Part shown: positions 1 to 7,190 of the stretch, in pieces
Position numbering within the stretch: position 1 is the stretch's first letter
Layout: each line of letters begins with the position of its first letter
Assembly (NCBI GenBank): GCA_051382305.1
Contig: JBBCAV010000089.1
Coordinates: 1 to 46,769 of the forward strand
DNA length: 46,769 bases
From: Bdellovibrionota bacterium FG-2
GTDB lineage: Bacteria; Bdellovibrionota; UBA1018
Reading direction: 5' to 3'
Notes under the pieces: model-generated
Told to the model about the DNA's origin: nothing
Seen by the model: only the letters and a program-made list of their open reading frames with translations
Database searches by the model: none
Program-made: the position numbers and the translations under genes

Positions 1-133
1 CACCTACGGCACCAGCAAAACCAAGGTAATGATGCTCACGCATTAACTGTTGCCACCGTTCGCGCTCTTCGCGACGGATCGGCCGCACTTGAATCCGCCG
101 AAGAAAAGCCCTGTCAATAGCCGGTTGAGTCAT
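1..133 (-). CDS. N-terminal part of DUF4338 (DruA-like) domain protein, typically IS/transposase-associated; runs off window edge
   Basis: Manual translation from ATG at 133: MTQPAIDRAFLRRIQVRPIRREERERWQQLMREHHYLGFAGAVG. The W..LM..HHYLG motif is characteristic of DUF4338. Too short for the ORF track. Confidence 0.7.
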   Translation of the reverse strand, partial: MTQPAIDRAFLRRIQVRPIRREERERWQQLMREHHYLGFAGAVG

Positions 134-163
134 GAACACAATGCTCGCATACAAAAGAGCCAG

Positions 164-314
164 TGTCCAGAGCTAATAAAAAGCGAAGTCAGCTGGGGCG
201 CTTAACCGAGCGTATGCCGGAATCCTGATATTAGCGAAGGAAGGCTGCTTACCCGATAATTTGAGAGTGCCGGTTCTTAGCTAAGATCCGCATGGCAAGA
301 TTACCCTCTGGACA
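164..314. repeat. 151-bp segment bounded by inverted repeats TGTCCAGAG...CTCTGGACA, with an internal 20-bp near-palindrome
   Basis: tgtccagag 164-172, ctctggaca 306-314; CGG-T-TCTTAGCTAAGA-T-CCG at 271-290. Confidence 0.5.
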
Positions 315-352
315 ACTCATCCATTCCAGGGCCACAATAATACCAACAGCCT

Positions 353-877
353 ATGCCGCGCCCCACCGAAGCCCAGAAAACTTTTCTTACCCTTCTCGCG
401 AAACACCCAGATTTCCTGCGCACTCTCGTGGGGGGCGTAGCCACCACGCTCACGACGCACCTTAAATCCAAGCCCGCTCCCGGCCGGCCGTTTTTGCGGC
501 AGGATCCGCCTGCCGATCAAATCGATGTGTTGAGCACGACCCAGATTAAAGGCCAAGCCAACGGCGCTGACTTCTCCCTCACATTGGTTCTTTGCCTAAG
601 CGAGGCGACTTTCTTGAAGGTGTATCAAGACATGTTTGGAGAAGCGGCTGCGGGCATTTCTTCTGAAAATCAGGACCTCGCTGGAGAGCTACTCAACATG
701 TCCGTTGGATCCGCCGATCCCGAGCTCAAAAAGTTGGGCTACAAACTCAAGGGATCAATCCCCCAAGTTCTCATGGGGACAGCGCTGGGCGCACGATTGG
801 CAGAGATCCGAGAGAAGTCCATCGCGATTCCGCTTTCGACGCCAGAAGATCGGGTGATCTTGGAATTAATGCTATAG
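353..877 (+). CDS. CheX-family chemotaxis phosphatase-like protein
   Basis: DLAGELLNMSVG (E-x-x-N motif) followed by SIPQV, typical of CheX. Confidence 0.7.
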   Translation: MPRPTEAQKTFLTLLAKHPDFLRTLVGGVATTLTTHLKSKPAPGRPFLRQDPPADQIDVLSTTQIKGQANGADFSLTLVLCLSEATFLKVYQDMFGEAAAGISSENQDLAGELLNMSVGSADPELKKLGYKLKGSIPQVLMGTALGARLAEIREKSIAIPLSTPEDRVILELML

Positions 878-1537
878 AAAACACGCCTCCAACCTCTCGC
901 GCCACCCCGCAAAATCCACCCCCGGCGACACATCGCAAAGCCTCGTCATCACCTCACCCGAAAACCCACACGGCGAGATCGCACGAAACACATCTAGCTC
1001 ATTGACGACATTGATCGCAACCCCATGCTGACTCACCCACGAGCGGATCGAAACTCCGACCGATGCAATTTTCTGCTCGCCCCCCCAAATCCCCGCCGCA
1101 TTTTCGCGCCGCTCGAACGAAACCGTGCCTCCCACAAATTTATCCAAGCCCCCAATCACCAGCCCCTCAAGCGTCCGCACCCACGCGCCCACGTCTAGTC
1201 TTGGCGCAAGGCCATCTCCGCCCAATTTGCAAATCGGATAAATCACGAGCTGTCCCGGACCATGATAGGTCAGGTCACCGCCGCGCGCACTCTCGCAATA
1301 CTCCACCCCTGCGGGCAGCGGGCCTAAAGGCATTTTGCGCACGCAGCCTTCCCGCCCCCCGCCGCGCAACGGATCCCACTGCAAGCCTCGACCACGAGTA
1401 ACCACGGGCGTGTGCTCCAAAAACAAAACCGTATCGCAAATCTCATCGCGCACTCGACGCGAAACCAGCTCCTCTTGAAGCGCTAGTGCCTCCGCATACC
1501 CAACCAACCCCGGCAGTGATCGATACTCAACTCTCAT
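872..1537 (-). CDS. lipB: Lipoyl(octanoyl) transferase
   Basis: LEHTPVVTRG, RGGDLTYHGPGQLVIYP, KIASVG, HGVAINV, PCG motifs. Confidence 0.95.
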   Translation of the reverse strand: MRVEYRSLPGLVGYAEALALQEELVSRRVRDEICDTVLFLEHTPVVTRGRGLQWDPLRGGGREGCVRKMPLGPLPAGVEYCESARGGDLTYHGPGQLVIYPICKLGGDGLAPRLDVGAWVRTLEGLVIGGLDKFVGGTVSFERRENAAGIWGGEQKIASVGVSIRSWVSQHGVAINVVNELDVFRAISPCGFSGEVMTRLCDVSPGVDFAGWRERLEACFL

Positions 1538-1547
1538 TTACTTGAAC

Positions 1548-2972
1548 TTATTTGCGTTGAAAAATATGGATCGCGTGCCCCATCACGGCCTCTGCGGCTT
1601 CCATCAAAGTCTCAGGCAGCGTCGGATGAGGATGCACGGTGAGTGCAAGGTCTTCAGCGGTTGCGCCCATTTCGATAGCCAAAGCCGCCTCAGAAATCAA
1701 ATTCGACGCTTCGGCGCCCACAATATGAACCCCCAAAACCCGGCCCGTCTCAGCCTCCGCGACGATCTTCACAAAACCCTCAGGCTCATTGACGGAGAGT
1801 GCACGCCCGTTAGCAGCAAAAGGAAAAACGCCGAGTTTCGTCTTGATTCCCTTGTTTCCCGCTTCAGCCTCACTCATGCCGACGGTCGCGATCTCGGGAT
1901 CTGTGAAAATCACAGCCGGCATTGCCGCGACATCGTACACGGTTTTGAGACCTGCGATGGCTTCGGCGGCCACGATTCCTTCTTTGGACCCTTTATGCGC
2001 AAGTAACGGTTGACCCGCGATATCGCCAATCGCAAAAAGATGCGGCACACTCGTGCGCCTTTGTGAATCGACCGCAATAAAACCCTGCGCATCGGCCTTC
2101 AAGCCCGTATTCTCAAGCCCAATCAACTCAGAATTCGAGCGTCGCCCGACTGTCACCAAAACGGTATCAAAGGTTTGCGTTTCTTGCTTGCCGGTCTCTG
2201 CCGAAAAGAATGTCGCCTCAACGCCCGACTTCCCTACATTCACGGATCGCAATTCTGTCTGAAGCTTCAAATGCACGCCCATCTTCGTTAGCCGCTTGGC
2301 CACGACCTTCGTCAAATCTAAATCCACACCACTTAGAATCTGAGGCATCGCCTCGACCACAGTGACTTGGGAGCCCACTTTTGCGAAAAAAGTGCCCAAT
2401 TCTAAGCCGATATATCCGCCGCCGACACATAAAAGCCGCCCCGGAATCTTCTCCAAGCTCAGCGCTCCCGTGCTGTCACAAATATGCTTCTGATCCACTT
2501 TGAGCCCCGGAATTTTCGACGACAAATCCAACGGCCTCGAACCCGCCGCAATCACGCACGTCTTAAAATTAATCGAGGTTTCTCCCTCTGCTGTTTTCAC
2601 AATCATCGTCGTAGGCGAAGTAAATTGAGCATCCCCCTGCACAACAACGCAACCATTGGCTTTTAGCAAGCCAGCCACACCCGCCGTCAACTTCGAAACA
2701 ACCGAATCTTTCCACTTCATCAACCTTGGGAAATCAACTTTCACCCCTTCAACCGTGATCCCCATCTCCTGCGCGTGCGTGATCTTCTCGATCAATCCAC
2801 CGGCATAAATCAGCGCTTTTGACGGAATACATCCACGATTTAGACAAACCCCACCCACCTCCGCGCGCTCTACTACCATGACTTTTTTCCCAAGTTGTGC
2901 CAACCGAATCGCACATACGTAGCCTGCGGGGCCGGCCCCTAGAACAACAACATCAGCAGAAATTTCGTTCAT
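1548..2972 (-). CDS. lpdA: Dihydrolipoyl dehydrogenase (E3)
   Basis: GAGPAG FAD motif, GGVCLNRGCIPSK redox disulfide, GGGYIGLE, HPHPTLPE. Confidence 0.97.
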   Translation of the reverse strand: MNEISADVVVLGAGPAGYVCAIRLAQLGKKVMVVERAEVGGVCLNRGCIPSKALIYAGGLIEKITHAQEMGITVEGVKVDFPRLMKWKDSVVSKLTAGVAGLLKANGCVVVQGDAQFTSPTTMIVKTAEGETSINFKTCVIAAGSRPLDLSSKIPGLKVDQKHICDSTGALSLEKIPGRLLCVGGGYIGLELGTFFAKVGSQVTVVEAMPQILSGVDLDLTKVVAKRLTKMGVHLKLQTELRSVNVGKSGVEATFFSAETGKQETQTFDTVLVTVGRRSNSELIGLENTGLKADAQGFIAVDSQRRTSVPHLFAIGDIAGQPLLAHKGSKEGIVAAEAIAGLKTVYDVAAMPAVIFTDPEIATVGMSEAEAGNKGIKTKLGVFPFAANGRALSVNEPEGFVKIVAEAETGRVLGVHIVGAEASNLISEAALAIEMGATAEDLALTVHPHPTLPETLMEAAEAVMGHAIHIFQRK

Positions 2973-2981
2973 ACATCACCC

Positions 2982-4229
2982 TCAATGACTGAGCGCCTGC
3001 TCCAAAAAGAGGAGCGTAGGATTCTCGACATAGCTAATGAACAGTTTCATAAACTCGGCGCCTACCGCGCCATCCACAACCCGATGATCCAGGGAGATCG
3101 AAAAATAGGTCCAATCCCTCACCACGACTTTTTCGCGCCCCCGAATCACCTTCACCACGGGCTTGCGAAAAATTTTATTGAAACCCAAAATCGCAACCTC
3201 AGGATAATTAATCACCGGTGTTGCAAACAATCCGCCAATGGAGCCCGCGTTCGTCAGTGTAATCGTGCCACCTTCAAAATCCGCAAGTGTGAGTTTCTTT
3301 GCCCGCGCACGCACCACAAGATCTTCGATCTCTTTGGCGATCGCCATAATACTTTTGTTTTCGACATCCTTAACTACGGGCGCCGTTAACCCGTCTTCGG
3401 TTTGTATCGAAAGCCCGATGTTATAGACGTGCTTCACCACGATCTCACCTGCTTTTTCATCTCCCCCTTTTTCATCTAAAGAAGCGTTCAGTAACGGATA
3501 CTTTTTCAAGGCTTCGACCATGGCCTTCATCAGAAAAGGCAAATAAGTAATTTTCACCCCTTGGCGCGCGCCGATCTCTTTAGCCGTGTTTCGCAGCTTC
3601 ACAAGCTCCGAGGCATCCGCTTCTTCAACATAAGTAAAATGGGCGGCATGATCTTTGGATTGCCGCATTTTCTCCGCTATTTTTTTGCGCAGTCCACGAA
3701 GCGGAATTCGCTCATCTTGCTTGAGGCCGGCCCTTGCCGACTTCACCACGCCCCCGCCCTTAGCCCTACGCTCGACATCTTCTCGCATCACGCGCCCGTG
3801 AGGACCCGTGGCGGGCACGCTCGCCAAATCGATGCCGAGTTCCCGCGCTAACCGACGAGTGGATGGAGCCGCCGGAACGCGTGCTTCCGGCTCGCGAATC
3901 GCAGGAGCCGTCACAGCGGCAGCAGGAGCTGATTTCTCACTCCTCTTTTCACTCCTCTTTTCACTCCTCTTTTCACTCCTCTGGTCACCACTTTTTGCCG
4001 CCCCTTCAAAACTCAACATCAGTTGTCCAACTTTGACGAGCGCACCTTCTTTGACGTGAATCTCTGCGACCGTTCCTTGAAAAGCCGACGGAATCTCAAC
4101 CGTCGCTTTATCCGTCATTACTTCGCACAAAGGCTGATCGTATTTCACTTGATCCCCGGGTTTCACCCGCCATTTAACGAGTTCACCTTCGTGAACTCCT
4201 TCGCCCATCTCAGGAAGTGTGAATCGCAT
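2982..4229 (-). CDS. 2-oxoacid dehydrogenase dihydrolipoamide acyltransferase (E2)
   Basis: ATG 4229 with GGAG RBS; lipoyl domain (EVMTDKA), E3-binding domain (AAPSTRRLARELGIDL), catalytic DHRVVDG. Confidence 0.95.
   Translation of the reverse strand: MRFTLPEMGEGVHEGELVKWRVKPGDQVKYDQPLCEVMTDKATVEIPSAFQGTVAEIHVKEGALVKVGQLMLSFEGAAKSGDQRSEKRSEKRSEKRSEKSAPAAAVTAPAIREPEARVPAAPSTRRLARELGIDLASVPATGPHGRVMREDVERRAKGGGVVKSARAGLKQDERIPLRGLRKKIAEKMRQSKDHAAHFTYVEEADASELVKLRNTAKEIGARQGVKITYLPFLMKAMVEALKKYPLLNASLDEKGGDEKAGEIVVKHVYNIGLSIQTEDGLTAPVVKDVENKSIMAIAKEIEDLVVRARAKKLTLADFEGGTITLTNAGSIGGLFATPVINYPEVAILGFNKIFRKPVVKVIRGREKVVVRDWTYFSISLDHRVVDGAVGAEFMKLFISYVENPTLLFLEQALSH
3935..3982 (-). repeat. 4 x 12-bp tandem repeat (AGAGGAGTGAAA on mRNA) encoding RSEK in the E2 linker
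   Basis: tcactcctct at 3937, 3949, 3961, 3973 (period 12). Confidence 0.95.
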
Positions 4230-5184
4230 TCGAAATCTCCTTAATCTTCTTGGCAACAAAAAACTCCGCAGCCTTATAACTCGATCGCACCAGTGGCCCT
4301 GAAGCCACATACGCGAAACCAAACCCCTCGGCCAAAACTCGCAACGCCTCAAACTCTGAGGGCGTATAAAATCGCTCCACCGGCAAATGCGTCATGGAAG
4401 GGCGCAGATATTGCCCCAAGGTCAAAATATCAACACCCACCCCCCGCAAGTCTGCAAAAGTAGCGCGAAGCTCCGCATCGCATTCGCCCAATCCCAACAT
4501 CACCGAACTTTTCGTCAAAAGTGAAATTCCCTTCCTAGCCGCAACCACCTTCGCAACGCGCAACGTCTCTAGTGACTGCGCATAGGCCGCGCGCGGATCG
4601 CGCACTCGGTATTGCAATCTCTCAACAGTCTCCACGTTATGGGCGTAAACGTCCAAATGAGATTCCACCACAGTTTCGATCGCGGATGGGTCGCCGCGAA
4701 AATCTGAAACCAGGGCCTCAACCAAAACAGCCGAATCGCGGATTTTAATCGCCTTGATGGTCTCCGCAAAATGCCCTGCGCCCCCGTCCGCCAAATCATC
4801 GCGATCCACCGAAGTGAGCACGACATATTTGAGCTTAAGTGCGACAATGCTTTCGGCGACACTCAGCGGCTCACTGGGATCCAACGCCGGAGGAATCCGT
4901 GCCGTCTTCACCGCACAGAACCGACACGCACGCGTGCAAATGTCGCCGCCCAACATAAAGGTGGCCGTTCCACTGGCCCAACACTCAGAAAGATTCGGAC
5001 AGTGAGCCTCTTCACACACCGTGTGCAGCTTCTGGCCCCGCAGCAGGCCTTTGATCTCCGCGTACTTCTCGCCACCTGGGGCACGGATCTTAAGCCACTC
5101 AGGTTTACGAGCCGCTAGTATCTTAGCTGCTTCGGATGGAGGAAGGGGACGCGCTCGTTCGGTAGGAGGTAGGGACATAGCCAT
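4210..5184 (-). CDS. lipA: Lipoyl synthase
   Basis: KPEWLK, CEEAHCPNLSEC, CTRACRFC, RSSY motifs. Start at 5184 or 5178; the ORF-track extension to 5265 runs through a terminator. Confidence 0.97.
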   Translation of the reverse strand: MAMSLPPTERARPLPPSEAAKILAARKPEWLKIRAPGGEKYAEIKGLLRGQKLHTVCEEAHCPNLSECWASGTATFMLGGDICTRACRFCAVKTARIPPALDPSEPLSVAESIVALKLKYVVLTSVDRDDLADGGAGHFAETIKAIKIRDSAVLVEALVSDFRGDPSAIETVVESHLDVYAHNVETVERLQYRVRDPRAAYAQSLETLRVAKVVAARKGISLLTKSSVMLGLGECDAELRATFADLRGVGVDILTLGQYLRPSMTHLPVERFYTPSEFEALRVLAEGFGFAYVASGPLVRSSYKAAEFFVAKKIKEISNAIHTS

Positions 5185-5207
5185 CTTATAGATGAAGTGC
5201 GGGGAAT

Positions 5208-5238
5208 AAAAAAGCCCCCAGGACGATTCCTGGGGGCT
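5208..5238 (-). terminator. Intrinsic terminator of candidate sRNA 1
   Basis: 11-bp perfect stem AGCCCCCAGGA/TCCTGGGGGCT, 4-nt loop, U6 tract on minus strand. Confidence 0.85.
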
Positions 5239-5276
5239 GAGAGAGAGGAGTAGTATGATCCGCATCTTGCGGTCGA
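5208..5276 (-). ncRNA. Candidate sigma54-dependent small RNA 1 (about 70 nt)
   Basis: -24/-12 promoter at 5287-5302, 5' hairpin CCGCA-AGA-UGCGG, single-stranded ACUACUCCUCUCUCUC, terminator. Confidence 0.6.
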
Positions 5277-5286
5277 GACTGCCTTG

Positions 5287-5302
5287 TGCATTTTGGGTGC
5301 CA
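5287..5302 (-). promoter_or_regulatory. sigma54 (-24/-12) promoter
   Basis: TGGCACCCAAAATGCA (GG-N10-GC). Confidence 0.7.
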
Positions 5303-5716
5303 GATCGAGGGACTGGCCTAATAAGAAATCGACACGAAGCGCACCTTTATTTTACTGCGCTTTGACATCACGGACTTAGGGAACAAAGAACGACGGAACC
5401 GCGTGAGTCGATTCCAGATTTGCTCCGCTAGGGCAAACGGTTTCATGACACGAGCCCCCGCTGCCGCTTCATTTTGCATTCATTCACCACCCAAGACCGC
5501 TCATTCTGCCGTTAATTGTCTGACAGGCGAAAAGCGCTTGGGCAGAGTCAAGATGCACCTCAACGGGAACGATTTCTATGTAAATTTTTGCGCTTCCGGC
5601 ATTGCACTTCCGAAACAGCGAAGTAATGGGCCGAAGGGTCGGGGGGGTAGGCCCTTAACTTCGTTGTTTGAGAAGTTGGGGCATTAGCACCTACGCAGCC
5701 GACCTTGCGGCAAGCC

Positions 5717-5756
5717 AAAAAAATCCCGCCCCCACCAACCATGGTGAAAGCGGGAT
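5717..5756 (-). terminator. Intrinsic terminator after 5820-6356 gene / candidate sRNA 2
   Basis: AUCCCGCUUUCACCA/UGGUGGGGGCGGGAU stem with three U-G pairs possible only on the minus strand, followed by U7. Confidence 0.85.
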
Positions 5757-5812
5757 CAAGAGAGAGAGGAGTAGTTAAGAGAGTGTGCCGGAACAATTCC
5801 GACACTTTTACG
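5717..5812 (-). ncRNA. Candidate 3'UTR-derived small RNA 2, sibling of sRNA 1
   Basis: Hairpin GUGUCGGAA-UUG-UUCCGGCAC, identical 16-nt ACUACUCCUCUCUCUC (5760-5775), terminator. Confidence 0.55.
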
Positions 5813-5819
5813 GACACTT

Positions 5820-6356
5820 TTAGAAACTAACGGGTAACCCCAAAGTCGCCATCCCTTCGCTATACATCCACTTGGCTTGATAGGTCGGGAAAAACTGATT
5901 CCAAGGCGCGCTGGAATTAAAAAGAGGACCCTTTTCATCGCTCCAAAAATCCGCACGAAAGGTCGGGTCAAACCCGGGGTTAAACGCTCCTGCTTGCCCC
6001 AAAGAGGGGTCATTAAAGCCTTGATAAAATGGAGCGTCCTTCACAAGCCCCGCCTGAGGCGAAGTGAGTCCAGAAAAAGGAGAACTACTCGTTCGGATCA
6101 ATGAAGCATCAATGATCTGAGATAGACTCGAAAAACCAGAAGCGATGTTCCCACCCAAAACGGCAGTTCCCGCGCCTTGATTAGCGAAACAAGTTGGACA
6201 GTTGAATTCAATGGCTGAAGCACTTCTGCCAAATCCCAGCCCGAGGCCTAAAGCGAGAGTGGCAAAATAAGTCGCCAAATACAGCGTCCTTTTTCTTTTC
6301 TTGAAATTTCTCACTTCTAAATTCCCCGTCTTTAAAGTTTCCATTAAATTTTCCAT
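5820..6356 (-). CDS. Secreted hypothetical protein with CxxC
   Basis: Basic N-region, hydrophobic stretch and ASA cleavage site, then FNCPTCF. Start moved to 6356 because a sigma54 promoter lies at 6405-6420. Confidence 0.7.
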   Translation of the reverse strand: MENLMETLKTGNLEVRNFKKRKRTLYLATYFATLALGLGLGFGRSASAIEFNCPTCFANQGAGTAVLGGNIASGFSSLSQIIDASLIRTSSSPFSGLTSPQAGLVKDAPFYQGFNDPSLGQAGAFNPGFDPTFRADFWSDEKGPLFNSSAPWNQFFPTYQAKWMYSEGMATLGLPVSF

Positions 6357-6404
6357 TTGGCATTTTCGCCTTCTTGCTTCGTAACTTTCGTCGATCCTTC
6401 CTTG

Positions 6405-6420
6405 AGCAAGCCCTATGCCT
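6405..6420 (-). promoter_or_regulatory. sigma54 (-24/-12) promoter
   Basis: AGGCATAGGGCTTGCT (GG-N10-GC). Confidence 0.6.
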
Positions 6421-6697
6421 GAACGCAAACATGCTCAATTCACCCATGCAAACGGTTCCTCAGCTATAAGCCGGGGATTTACTTGGAGCTAAATCGCACC
6501 GCGTCACATATTTTTTTACAATAAAATCAAATAGATGTATAAGATCTGGTCAATTGAACAACATACCTTCGGCCCACAAAACCAGCTCTTCCAGCAAGAG
6601 ACCAGCGATTTGCCCTTTTTCCGAAATCTATTGCAATCTCTATAACCTAGGGCTATTTTTTTATCTAAATATTTAACCTCAAAAACACGGAGACCTC

Positions 6698-7120
6698 ATG
6701 GCAAAAAAAGCAAAAAAACCCGCTAAGAAAAAACCTGTAAAGAAAGCAGTAAAAAAAGCCGCTCCCAAAAAAGCTGCAAAGCCCGCAAAAAAACCAGCAA
6801 AAAAAACGGCCCCGAAAAAAGCTGCAAAGCCCGCTGTAAAAAAAGCGGCCCCCAAGAAACAGGCTCCTAAAAAAGTAGCAAAGCCCGCTGCAAAAAAAGC
6901 TGCTCCGAAAAAAGCATCCGCCCTGCCTGCTGCCGCTGTAGGCGCTGTTGCAGGTGGACTCGCCGGTGCTGCAATTGGATCTTCATTTTCTTCGCGCTAC
7001 GAGCACGAAGAGCACCACCATGAGCACGGCGAACACTGCAATCATGACCACAAAAATGATGACGACGAAGACGAACTCGTAAGCCCTGAAAAAGCTGACT
7101 CTGACGAGTCCGAAGAGTAA
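6698..7120 (+). CDS. Histone H1-like (Lys/Ala/Pro-rich) DNA-binding protein with His-rich and acidic tail
   Basis: KKAAPKK/KPAKK repeats; GGAG RBS; C-terminal HEEHHHEHGEHCNHDH and DDDEDE. Confidence 0.75.
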   Translation: MAKKAKKPAKKKPVKKAVKKAAPKKAAKPAKKPAKKTAPKKAAKPAVKKAAPKKQAPKKVAKPAAKKAAPKKASALPAAAVGAVAGGLAGAAIGSSFSSRYEHEEHHHEHGEHCNHDHKNDDDEDELVSPEKADSDESEE

Positions 7121-7134
7121 AATTAAGTTTTCTT

Positions 7135-7182
7135 AAAAAGCCCCGAAGAAGGCAGGCTTTCGGCCTTTTTCGGGGCTTTTTT
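7135..7182 (+). terminator. Bidirectional intrinsic terminator
   Basis: AAAAAGCCCCGAAGAAGGC...GCCTTTTTCGGGGCTTTTTT. Confidence 0.85.
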
Positions 7183-7190
7183 AATTAATT

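Noticed and set aside
1-120. Plus-strand open frame ending at TAG 120
   Set aside because: Shadow of the minus-strand DUF4338-like ORF, which has recognisable motifs.
236-262. AAGCAGCC on the minus strand resembling SRP RNA
   Set aside because: Lacks the UCAGG..GGAAGG core and the enclosing stem.
285-293. GATCCGCAT shared with 5257-5265
   Set aside because: A 9-mer match is expected by chance, and the flanks are unrelated.
5255-5365. Plus-strand 36-aa ORF after GAGGAG-tagt-ATG as the explanation of the 16-nt motif
   Set aside because: The second copy of the motif has no start codon, and promoter, G-U pairs and U tracts all point to the minus strand.
5429-5470. GGGCAAAC resembling the start of a c-di-GMP-I riboswitch
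   Set aside because: No GAAA tetraloop stem or downstream GACGCAAA element.
5403-5817. ORF-track entries 5403-5687 and 5560-5817
   Set aside because: No RBS or recognisable motifs; they cross hairpins and a terminator.
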